This document shows positions 1 to 8,182 of a stretch of DNA of 17,239 nucleotides, piece after piece. The position numbers were made by a program, and so were the translations under genes. Origin of the DNA: Fibrobacterota bacterium (GTDB taxonomy: Bacteria; Fibrobacterota; Fibrobacteria; UBA11236). The stretch covers positions 1 to 17,239 of the forward strand of contig JAYUVP010000083.1 in NCBI GenBank assembly GCA_043753995.1, read 5' to 3'. Each line of letters begins with the position of its first letter. The first letter of the stretch is position 1. Under the pieces are notes generated by a model that was not told the origin of the DNA, ran no database searches, and saw nothing but the letters and a program-made list of their open reading frames with translations.

Positions 1-890
1 GTCAAGGCCGATCCGAAATACAAGAATTATCAGTTATTACTTGCCCAAGAAAAAGAAAAAGCCAAGGACTATTCGGCTGCCTTGGATGCCTATGACGCAT
101 ATGTCAGCCGTAATGAGGGGGATATTGCCGCATTGCGCGCCATGGAACGGCTCAGTGAGCAACAAAAAGACACCACCCGCTTGATGGAAGCTCTGGTGCG
201 CTTGACGCGGCAGAAAAATGCCGATGTCGAGTCTAAACGCAAATTGGCGGAAATTGATTTTGTCAAAAACGCGAATCTCGGCGGAGTCGAACGTTTGGTG
301 AAGGTGGACAAGGGTTGGACCAAGGGAAAATCGATTTTAGTTCGCGCCTATTTGAAAAAAGGCGAAAAGGTGAAGCTATTGCCATTTGCCGATTTTCTAC
401 AAGCCGAAAGCCGTCGTGATTCTGAATTGCTGGAGCCACTGGGTGATCTTTATGCCTTGCAGAAAAAGACCTTGCCCGCTAACAATGCCTATGTCCAGGC
501 CTTACGGGCCACGCCCAAGGATAGAGAACTCTTTGATAAGGTTCGGAAATACGGACTGGCCAACAAATCGCCTTATCTCAATGAAATACTGCGCTTGGGC
601 TATCAAAATTTCCCTGACGACTATGACCTGAAGCGGGAATACGCTATAAGCTTGGGCAAGGTGCCCGCGGCCCTAGATGTTTATACCGAAGTCCTCGCGA
701 AGGAAAGCGATGTCGCCACCTTGGCGAAGGCTGTGGATTTGGCCGTGGCTTTGCAGCGGTGGTCCCAAGCTTTTGCTTGGATTGAAAAGTGGAGTCAATT
801 GGATCCCAAGGACGCCTCGGTCTGGGCCCGTATGCTTGAGGCTGCAGAAAAGACTTCAAATCGTGACAAGCAAAGACAAGCCTTGGCTGG
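1..890 (+). repeat. Long intragenic repeat, copy A (5' end runs off the window)
   Basis: The translation aligns colinearly with 1716-~2610. The first 72 aa are 59/72 identical by manual count. Weaker anchors follow (GVERLVK/GVERMVK, LGDLYALQKK/LGDLYAFQKK, LFDK, SPY, GYQNFPDD/GYDNFPDD, LAVALQR/IAVALRR). Confidence 0.9.
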
Positions 891-1272
891 ATGGGTGAAT
901 AATGCTCCCACCTCCGGCGCCAAGCAATTACTCAAGCTGGCCCAATTGGATTTGGCTGCCCGTGACACGGCGGCGGCTTTGGATCATGGCAAGCAATGGC
1001 TGACTCGTAATCCCAAGGACTTGGACGGCTTGCGTTTCGTTTATCCGTTAGTTAAAAACGCAGCCGCGGAGAAAGACACCTACCTCCGAGTTTTACAAGG
1101 ACTCGCAGAAATGGACAAGGCCGCAGCGGGGCGATACGACTTGGAATTGGGCGCACTCTATTTTGAGCGTGGCGATTTTGAGGATCGCAAAAAATCTTAT
1201 CCAAGGCCGTCATCAAAAACGGGGGGGACGCCGCCCTATGGTATCGCCTGGGCGATATCGAGCGTAAGCTGA
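1..1272 (+). CDS. Giant TPR-repeat protein, upstream segment (5'-partial; frame open from base 1; probably continuous with the next segment through a -1 frameshift)
   Basis: Frame +1 has no stop from base 1 (VKADPKYKNYQLLLAQEKEK...), so the TTG at 82 is not the true start. It shows helical TPR-like units (e.g. YDLELGALYFERGDFE, LLKLAQLDLAARDTAAALDHGKQWLTRNPKD). After ~1185 the frame turns into non-TPR sequence (RKKSYPRPSSKTGGTPP) up to TGA at 1270-1272. Confidence 0.85.
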   Translation, partial: VKADPKYKNYQLLLAQEKEKAKDYSAALDAYDAYVSRNEGDIAALRAMERLSEQQKDTTRLMEALVRLTRQKNADVESKRKLAEIDFVKNANLGGVERLVKVDKGWTKGKSILVRAYLKKGEKVKLLPFADFLQAESRRDSELLEPLGDLYALQKKTLPANNAYVQALRATPKDRELFDKVRKYGLANKSPYLNEILRLGYQNFPDDYDLKREYAISLGKVPAALDVYTEVLAKESDVATLAKAVDLAVALQRWSQAFAWIEKWSQLDPKDASVWARMLEAAEKTSNRDKQRQALAGWVNNAPTSGAKQLLKLAQLDLAARDTAAALDHGKQWLTRNPKDLDGLRFVYPLVKNAAAEKDTYLRVLQGLAEMDKAAAGRYDLELGALYFERGDFEDRKKSYPRPSSKTGGTPPYGIAWAISSVS

Positions 1273-4200
1273 GACGGGAAGAAAGTGCTGCGGCGCGTTA
1301 CCGGAAAGCATATGAATTAGCTCCCGGCAATGCCATTTATGGGCACACCTATGGCGAAACCGTCATCAAGCCGGAAGCCATCAAGGCAACCCTTTCCTTG
1401 TGGCGCTTTTTATCGGCTCAAAATCCAAGCATGGACGAGAGACGCAAATTGGCTCAGTCACTTTATTTGAATGGTGATTTTGTCGCCTCGGCGGCGCAAT
1501 GGGATTGGTTCATGAAGGCTGATCCGAATATTGGCCAAACTGAACCCATGGTTTCGGAATCCTATTTGAAATCCGGTCAGACGGCCAAGGCACGTGGCAT
1601 ATTCGAGGCCCGCCTAAAAACCGACCCGAACAATATTCCTTTGTTAGAACAAATCGCCGGTATTTATAAGCAGGAAGTGAATTCGGCCGGTTATCGTGAT
1701 ATTTTGGGACGCATTGTGCAAATCGATCCGAAACTCAAGAATTATCAATTGCTTTTGGCCCAGGAGAAGGAAAAAGCAAAAGACTATTCTGGTGCTTTGG
1801 ATGCCTATGACGCTTGGGTTTCGCGCAATGACGGCGATTTAGTCGCCTTGAAAAACATGCATCGCCTCAGCGATCAGCAAAAGGACACCACACGCTTGAT
1901 GGAAGCCTTGGTCCGGCTAAACCGTCAGAAAAAGGTGGAGCCATCCTACCGCTATCAAATCGTGCATATCGACTACATGCGCACAGGCAATATCGTTGGT
2001 GTGGAACGCATGGTGAAAGCCCACTCCGATTGGCGCGAAGGCAAGGTTTTAATGGTCAAGCATTATGCCAAGCAAGGTGCCCTCTCCAAATTGGTACCCA
2101 TGACGCCTTTCGTGAGCCTCTTGGCCTCACAAGACAAGAATTACAGCGAAATACTCGGTGATCTTTATGCCTTTCAAAAGAAAAAGGCTCAGGCGAATGA
2201 GGCCTATCTTTCGGCTTTGATTTTCGATAAGAAAGACAAAGGTCTTTTTGATAAAGCGTATAAGTATGCCAAGGAAACGGACTCACCCTATCGTGCGGCC
2301 TTGCTCAAACAGGGCTATGATAATTTTCCAGACGATACGGATATCAAGTTTGATTTCGCTCTAACCCTTGGTAAGACCCAGCGTGCCCTGGATCTTTATC
2401 AGGAAATACTTGGACGAGATCGCAATAGGCTAGAAGCCCTTCGTAATGCTGCAGAAATCGCGGTAGCCTTACGTCGTGTCGACATTGCCGCTACACTTTT
2501 GCAACAATGGGCTCAAGCTGAACCCAGTGCCGTTCGGCCCTGGAATCTTCTAGTCGAGCTTTACTCCCAGGCTCGCAAGGATGATAAACTAGCCGAGGCG
2601 CAGGGCAAGGTGTCCGAGTTGACACCCAAGAGTCCCGACCTTGCCTTTCAGGCTGGCTTGACCTATAAGAAAATCGGCAAGCAGGATCGTGCCCTTGAGT
2701 ATTTCACTCGCGCCGCTACCTTGTCGCCACAGAATGGCACCTATGCCAAAGAGTTCGGTCTCGCCCTGTTTGCCCTAGGCCAAAAAGATAAGGCAAAGGC
2801 TCCGCTTTTAGTCGCCGACAAGGCAGTCAAATTGGACGAGAATATCAATTTCGCCCTTTATCAAATTTACCTGGTAGAAAAAAATCGTGGCTTGGCGCGC
2901 GAGCGGCTGCGTAGCCTGAATGCTTTGCGTCCAACCAATACTCAATATGGTTTCGCATTAGCCCGCTTGGAATCAGAAATGCAAGCTCCAGCCGAAGTTG
3001 TACGCATACTCGAGCGACCCTCCCTCAAAGATTCGCTGGATGCGGAAATGAGTTTCATGTTGCTGGACGGTTATTTCAAGACAGGCCAAAAGGAAAGAGC
3101 CGCGCTTTGGGCTCCGGTTCTCTTGCGCAAATTCCCCACCGAAAGCAAGTCTTCCTTGCCTCTTGGCATCCTGTTTTACGAAACAAAGAATCGTCCCAAG
3201 GCCAAGGAAATTCTGGAGGCCTATACTCGCAGCAATAGCTCCGAAGAGGCCTCGTATTACCTCGGTCGCGTGAATTACGAAGAGCGCAATTGGAGTAAGG
3301 CGATCGATGCTTTTAATCAGGCCGGCGAATTCAAAGCGGATATTCCTGAGATGTTGGGTGATGCCTATATTCAAAACAAGCAGCCGGAAAGCGCTATTGC
3401 GATTTATGAAAAACTTTATGCGAAGAGCAAGGATGCGAAGGTTTTAAACGATCTCTATACCTTGTATAAAAAGACCAATGACAATAAGGGCCTTATCAAT
3501 ACCTTGGAGCGCATTCTGCAGTCCCAGCCAGCCAACCTCGATTATCGAGTGGAATTGGCAGAATTGTATCGTCTCAATGGTGATGCCAAGCGCGCGGAAG
3601 TTCAGTTCGATCAAATACTGAAAAAGTCACCCGCCCACCCCGGTGCGAATCTCTTCATGGGCATGGCCCTGGCAGAGCGCAAAGATTATCCGCGCGCCAT
3701 TCGAATGCTGGAAATAGGAACAGCTCGCTATCCTGACACTCTGCGTGCCTGGAAGCTTTTGGCTGATGGATATCGGTCTCAAAATAAGGATATGCAGGCA
3801 TTGCAAGCCTATAAGCGCGTCTTGAAAGCTGAGCCTAATAATCTAGGGGCTTCGATAGCCCGCATGGAATTGACCCAAAGCCTGCATCTGTCTTCGGAAT
3901 TGCCCGATGCCTATAGTGGAGTTATCAAGCTAGACTCCAATAATTTGGAAGCCGGCATGGCATTGGCACAAATTCGGTATGGTGAAAGGCGGTATCGTGA
4001 TGCCGCTGCACTTTATGGGAGGGTAGTGCAGAAAAAGTCAGATAGCAAGGAGATTTGGGCCAATTACGGCATTAGTCTGCTGGAGCTGACCATCATTCCT
4101 GATGCTAAGCGGGCATTGCAAAAAGCCGTTGATCTTGGTGCCAAGGACATGCGCATATTGACCAGTCTTGCGCGTATTTACAAAGAAGAAGGAAATGTTG

Positions 4201-5489
4201 AAAAGGCAGAATCGCTTTTAAACGAAATGGTGAAAAAGGATCCTCGGAATCATATGGCTTGGTATGAATTGGGACGCATTGCCGCGGATCGAAATCAGGA
4301 TGGCGTCGCGGAAACCGATTTCAAAAAAGCCTTGCAGCTCGCTCCAGCGACTCCCGAATACTCGGAAGCCCTGGCGCGACTGTATTTCAGCAAGGATGAT
4401 TTCGAAGGCGTTTTGAGGACTTTAGACGCAATCCACACAACCCTCACGGAGAGCGGCCGTCTCATCTATGGCGAAGCCTTGATGAAGCAGGGGAAATCCG
4501 ATGCGGCCTTGGCTGAATTCAATACGCTATATAGCAGGCAAAAATCACCGCGAGTTTTAGCGAAACTTGCCGAGCTTAAAGTGTCCAAAGGGCAAACCAA
4601 GGAAGCCATGCGCCTCATAGAAGAATCGGGTTTCTCCAATGATTCAACCGTGCAATATGCTTTGGCCAAGGCTTATGTTGCGGAAGGCGAAGGGGACAAG
4701 GCACGAGATGTCATCTCCCGGCTTTTGTCTTCGAGCAAATACAATGCGGCGCTCTATCATTTACGGGGCATGAGTTATTATCAAGATCACAATTGCGGCA
4801 AAGCCAAGAAAGACTTCGATCAAGCCCTTAAGTACAATCCGGATTATATGGAATCTGTGTTTTACACCGGTATTTGCTTATACAAAGAAGGTGAAAACAC
4901 CAATGCCCAGAATTATTTCAAGGAATTGTCACATCACAACAATGTTCAATGGGCGGCTCGAGGTTATATGGGCATGGGCTTGGTATTTGAAAGCGAAAAG
5001 AAGATGGAAGCCGCGCAGAATTACTTGCAAAAGGCCGTTACCGCCGCAGAATTGCCCGAGGCTTATGGCCATTTGGCACGAATTCATCTCAAAATGCGTA
5101 AACCTGCGGATGCTGAGCGTATGGCTCGTAAGGCACTAGAGTTTCAGCCGGGTGAGCCCGTCGCCGTGGGAACCCTGGGTGAAGTATTAGTCGCCCAGAA
5201 TCGCAAAAACGAAGCACTGTCTTTGATCAAGAAAGCTTTGCAAGAAAATCCGAATTCTTGCCCGCTTTTGACGAGTTCGGCGAAAATCAACTACGCCGCT
5301 GGGAATTACGAAACGTCGCGTCAAAATGGAGTTTATGCCATATCGCTATGCCCTGACGAGGCCTTGCCTTATCTTTACGTCGGCTTGGTTGCCGATAAGA
5401 AGTACAACAAAAAGGAAGCCAAGGAGAGCTTCAAAAAGTTTAAGAAGCATGCCGGCGATGAATCTTTAATTCCTACTGAGTATCGCTGA
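1182..5489 (+). CDS. Giant TPR-repeat protein, downstream segment (ORF track start 1398; frame open from 1182)
   Basis: Frame +3 is open from 1182 (after TGA 1179-1181) to TGA 5487-5489. The part upstream of the first start codon already encodes a clear TPR (QKILSKAVIKNGGDAALWYRLGDIERKLRREESAAARYRKAYELAPGNA). Many TPR consensus units follow (AWYELGRIAADRNQDGVAETDFKKALQLAP; ALYHLRGMSYYQDHNCGKAKKDFDQALKYNP; AYGHLARIHLKMRKPADAERMARKALEFQP). Confidence 0.92.
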   Translation, partial: GSQKILSKAVIKNGGDAALWYRLGDIERKLRREESAAARYRKAYELAPGNAIYGHTYGETVIKPEAIKATLSLWRFLSAQNPSMDERRKLAQSLYLNGDFVASAAQWDWFMKADPNIGQTEPMVSESYLKSGQTAKARGIFEARLKTDPNNIPLLEQIAGIYKQEVNSAGYRDILGRIVQIDPKLKNYQLLLAQEKEKAKDYSGALDAYDAWVSRNDGDLVALKNMHRLSDQQKDTTRLMEALVRLNRQKKVEPSYRYQIVHIDYMRTGNIVGVERMVKAHSDWREGKVLMVKHYAKQGALSKLVPMTPFVSLLASQDKNYSEILGDLYAFQKKKAQANEAYLSALIFDKKDKGLFDKAYKYAKETDSPYRAALLKQGYDNFPDDTDIKFDFALTLGKTQRALDLYQEILGRDRNRLEALRNAAEIAVALRRVDIAATLLQQWAQAEPSAVRPWNLLVELYSQARKDDKLAEAQGKVSELTPKSPDLAFQAGLTYKKIGKQDRALEYFTRAATLSPQNGTYAKEFGLALFALGQKDKAKAPLLVADKAVKLDENINFALYQIYLVEKNRGLARERLRSLNALRPTNTQYGFALARLESEMQAPAEVVRILERPSLKDSLDAEMSFMLLDGYFKTGQKERAALWAPVLLRKFPTESKSSLPLGILFYETKNRPKAKEILEAYTRSNSSEEASYYLGRVNYEERNWSKAIDAFNQAGEFKADIPEMLGDAYIQNKQPESAIAIYEKLYAKSKDAKVLNDLYTLYKKTNDNKGLINTLERILQSQPANLDYRVELAELYRLNGDAKRAEVQFDQILKKSPAHPGANLFMGMALAERKDYPRAIRMLEIGTARYPDTLRAWKLLADGYRSQNKDMQALQAYKRVLKAEPNNLGASIARMELTQSLHLSSELPDAYSGVIKLDSNNLEAGMALAQIRYGERRYRDAAALYGRVVQKKSDSKEIWANYGISLLELTIIPDAKRALQKAVDLGAKDMRILTSLARIYKEEGNVEKAESLLNEMVKKDPRNHMAWYELGRIAADRNQDGVAETDFKKALQLAPATPEYSEALARLYFSKDDFEGVLRTLDAIHTTLTESGRLIYGEALMKQGKSDAALAEFNTLYSRQKSPRVLAKLAELKVSKGQTKEAMRLIEESGFSNDSTVQYALAKAYVAEGEGDKARDVISRLLSSSKYNAALYHLRGMSYYQDHNCGKAKKDFDQALKYNPDYMESVFYTGICLYKEGENTNAQNYFKELSHHNNVQWAARGYMGMGLVFESEKKMEAAQNYLQKAVTAAELPEAYGHLARIHLKMRKPADAERMARKALEFQPGEPVAVGTLGEVLVAQNRKNEALSLIKKALQENPNSCPLLTSSAKINYAAGNYETSRQNGVYAISLCPDEALPYLYVGLVADKKYNKKEAKESFKKFKKHAGDESLIPTEYR
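1716..2610 (+). repeat. Long intragenic repeat, copy B
   Basis: VQIDPKLKNYQLLLAQEKEKAKDYSGALDAYDAWVSRNDGD...QQKDTTRLMEALVRL matches copy A at an offset of 1715 nt. The 3' boundary is approximate. Confidence 0.9.
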
Positions 5490-5525
5490 TTTAGATCAAT
5501 TCAGGAGATTGCTGAGTAAATCCAG

Positions 5526-5567
5526 AAGGCGTCCCTGTCGAAATGACGGGACGCCTTTTTAATTATT
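5526..5567 (+). terminator. Rho-independent terminator of the TPR gene (possibly also used by the convergent operon)
   Basis: AAGGCGTCCC (5526-5535) is the exact reverse complement of GGGACGCCTT (5548-5557), with an inner GTC/GAC extension. The stem runs into TTTTTAATTATTT and starts 36 nt after the TPR stop. The minus-strand U-tract is weak. Confidence 0.85.
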
Positions 5568-5621
5568 TAACTAAGCCATTCGTTCTATCCGATTTTCGGA
5601 GGATGATTTCAGTCACGCTTT

Positions 5622-7010
5622 TCAGACTTCCACGGAAATTGCGCCATCCTTTGGCGACACGGCCAAAATTTGATCGGCCGTAAGGCCTTCGCCTGCATAG
5701 GATAGACGAGGGCTGATTTCGACGCTATTCGAGGATAATTGAGCTTCCGTGCAACCCGTAGCTATGGCCCAAGTGCGATGCAGGCTTAGAACTAAGGCTC
5801 TAGCTGTTTCTGGACTGTCCGCGCCTTCTCGATTTTTCACGGGAGCGAACTCCTCTTCACGAACAACTTCGAGAACGGCCATTCCCGTGGCGCGAGGAAA
5901 CATATCGAACATGAATAATTCGAATTTATAGGCATTGGGTGTAGGCGGGTTTTGTTTCAGGCCCGCGGCATCAAGAAAGGGAATGCGCTTATGAGCCACA
6001 TGATAGGGCAGAGGTGCGATAGATTCTTGCGCTAAAAAATCTCGACGAAATAAATGCACGGCAATATTTCCCGAACCAAATAGCAATTGCCCTTCGGTAT
6101 TTCGGGCTTGTCGCTGTTGTTCGGATAATTCGCTGTATTCGATGACGGAGGGTCGTCCATTGCGAAGGCAAAAAACGCCGACTCTTTCTTCGGGGCCAGC
6201 CTTGGCCACGGCCTTGCTTGCTGCTGGCTGGCTTGAAGCCATGGCGAAACCCACGAAATGGGGGTCGCAGACCTTTACCAAGGCATTATCGACGCTATAA
6301 ACGAAGACCCATTCGACCCCCCGTTTTTTCATATCGTCAAGAGCGCCGCTGGACTCCAATCCGAGAAAGCAACCGCCATTGCCATTCGGCCCTTGTGAAA
6401 GTCGATGCTTTTCTTCGAGAAGAATTTGCCCCAGGGAATCAACGACGGGAAGCTGGCCTTGTTGAAAAAGGAAAATATCACTTTCCTTCAAGCCAAAAAA
6501 AGCATTGCGCCGGAAAAACTCCTCGGTAGCCGCATGATTGTCAAGCGAGGTCATGACATACCAGGGAATGGCTTTCCCGGCTATTCGGCCTAGCTTGCCT
6601 ATTCTCTCAGCTTGCAACTGAAACAGGGATTTATGCGAAGGAAGGCCGATATCAAATGTGCCCTTCGGGCCTTCATGCCCCAGGCGCGTGCCTTGACCGC
6701 CTGCGACCAGAAAGGCTGCGACCTTGCCATCGCGTAAGGCGCGCATACCTGAATTCGCCATGGCGGCACGCTCGAATATTCCGAAGGAATTCCAGGCCTT
6801 ACCGCGAAGCGGGCTAGGTTCTGCCGCTGCGCCTTCCTCGGGTGTTTGGCCTTCGCGAAACAGACGTGCGATTAAGGGGAAATCCGTGGATTTGATTTCT
6901 TGAGCAAGGATATCACGTTGCTCTTCATCCAGGTCATGCCAAAAACGAAGCAAATGTTCTTGGCCGAATGGCTTTACATGATTCAGCAAGTCTTCATAGC
7001 GAGAGTCCAT
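5622..7010 (-). CDS. UDP-N-acetylglucosamine/UDP-hexosamine pyrophosphorylase, eukaryotic UAP1-like (UDPGP family)
   Basis: 462 aa. Motifs: GQEHLLRFW, LVAGGQGTRLGHEGPKG, KSLFQLQAERI, PWYVMTS, FQQGQLP, PNGNGG, YSVDNALVKVCDPHFVG, VIEYSE, GNIAVHLF, PNAYKFELFMFDMF, REEEFAPVKN. There is no GlmU-type hexapeptide acetyltransferase domain. RBS GAGGA overlaps the mraY stop (TGAGGACCTTTATG). Confidence 0.9.
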   Translation of the reverse strand: MDSRYEDLLNHVKPFGQEHLLRFWHDLDEEQRDILAQEIKSTDFPLIARLFREGQTPEEGAAAEPSPLRGKAWNSFGIFERAAMANSGMRALRDGKVAAFLVAGGQGTRLGHEGPKGTFDIGLPSHKSLFQLQAERIGKLGRIAGKAIPWYVMTSLDNHAATEEFFRRNAFFGLKESDIFLFQQGQLPVVDSLGQILLEEKHRLSQGPNGNGGCFLGLESSGALDDMKKRGVEWVFVYSVDNALVKVCDPHFVGFAMASSQPAASKAVAKAGPEERVGVFCLRNGRPSVIEYSELSEQQRQARNTEGQLLFGSGNIAVHLFRRDFLAQESIAPLPYHVAHKRIPFLDAAGLKQNPPTPNAYKFELFMFDMFPRATGMAVLEVVREEEFAPVKNREGADSPETARALVLSLHRTWAIATGCTEAQLSSNSVEISPRLSYAGEGLTADQILAVSPKDGAISVEV

Positions 7011-7018
7011 AAAGGTCC

Positions 7019-8170
7019 TCAGCGGATTTTAAAGAAAATAAGGCTGCCAACTATTAAGGCGAGAATGGATACCAGATGAAATCGCCAAGCTATTTTGGAA
7101 TTCATCGCTTGATTCGAATCGAACCGATTTTTCCATTTCATTTGATAATGATGATGTAGCGGAGCCTTGAGGAAAAGCCGCTTGCCTTGGCCGTCCGAAG
7201 AGAATCGGCGCGTGATTTTAAAGCCTACGATTTGCAACAAAACCGAACTGGCTTCCGCCATGAAAACCACACCCACTACGGGGAGGAAAAGTTCAATTTT
7301 CAAGAGGACGAACATCATGCCGATGACGCCGCCGAAACCGATGGCACCGGCATCGCCCATATAAATTTCTGCTGGTGGGCTATTGTACCAGAGGTAGGCT
7401 AGGGTAGCTCCGACTATGGCTGCGCAAATAGGAAAGAGCTCATCTCCACCGGGCAAATAGGGGATAAGAAAATATTTGGCGAGAATGGCATTGCCCGAAA
7501 TATAGGCCACCATTCCGGCAAAAATGGAAGTTGTGATAATTGGAACAGAAACAAGAGAATCGAGTCCATCGGTGAAATTGGCCCCGTTGGCTGTTGCCGT
7601 GATAACAAGAATAATAAGCGGGATAAATGCCCAATTCGGCAAATAAGGATACCACATCGAGGGCTTAACAAAAGGCACGGTTAGATAGCCGGTTAGGCCG
7701 GGTATAGTTTTATAGGCCACCAAGGCCACCGAGAAAGAAAAAATGAGGTAGAGGCTCATGCGCAATCGGGCCGATATGCCATCGGCCTTATCCATATATT
7801 CCGCTTTACTGATTTTGCCTTGAGCCACCAGTCTTTTATTGCGCACCTTCATGACATCGTCGATGCCGCCGATGATGGCATAAGCGGTTAAAATCACGAG
7901 AGTGGAAATGCTATAGGGATTCCAGCGTGTAAAGGCTAGGGATGCCAATAACACTGAAACCGCTAGAAGGGCCCCTCCCATGATGGGAGGTGGTTTACGC
8001 GCACCGACGTTGAAATCGGAAGTGGCGTCAATTTTGTTCAGAAAGGCGATGAATTTCGGCATGAAAAGGAAAACGAGCAAGGCCGCGAATATCGAGGCGG
8101 CTCCGGCTCGAAATAGGCGATGCTCGAATAAGTGTATGCCGGTCCATTCAAAAAGCAGCACCGAGAGCAT
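7019..8170 (-). CDS. mraY: Phospho-N-acetylmuramoyl-pentapeptide transferase (MraY), divergent
   Basis: 383 aa polytopic membrane protein. Motifs: P-x-MGG, IGGIDD, NGANFTDGLD, LWYNSPPAEIYMGDAG, EASSVLLQI, and the MraY-specific LFLKAPLHHH. RBS AAGGA upstream. Confidence 0.85.
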   Translation of the reverse strand: MLSVLLFEWTGIHLFEHRLFRAGAASIFAALLVFLFMPKFIAFLNKIDATSDFNVGARKPPPIMGGALLAVSVLLASLAFTRWNPYSISTLVILTAYAIIGGIDDVMKVRNKRLVAQGKISKAEYMDKADGISARLRMSLYLIFSFSVALVAYKTIPGLTGYLTVPFVKPSMWYPYLPNWAFIPLIILVITATANGANFTDGLDSLVSVPIITTSIFAGMVAYISGNAILAKYFLIPYLPGGDELFPICAAIVGATLAYLWYNSPPAEIYMGDAGAIGFGGVIGMMFVLLKIELFLPVVGVVFMAEASSVLLQIVGFKITRRFSSDGQGKRLFLKAPLHHHYQMKWKNRFDSNQAMNSKIAWRFHLVSILALIVGSLIFFKIR

Positions 8171-8182
8171 AAGGTGATTTCC

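Noticed and set aside
1398..1433. TTG 1398 or ATG 1431 as the independent start of a second TPR gene
   Set aside because: There is no convincing RBS or signal peptide, and the frame encodes a good TPR for 72 codons upstream that completes the repeat begun in frame +1.
1..1931. Possibility that the duplication is an assembly artefact
   Set aside because: The copies differ at many synonymous positions and at 13 of 72 residues even in the best part. An artefactual duplication would be near-identical.
5488..5621. Small inverted repeats (TCAG/CTGA near 5502-5516; TCCGA-ttt-TCGGA near 5588-5600) as an sRNA or second terminator
   Set aside because: The stems are only 4-6 bp with no U-tract, which is expected by chance.
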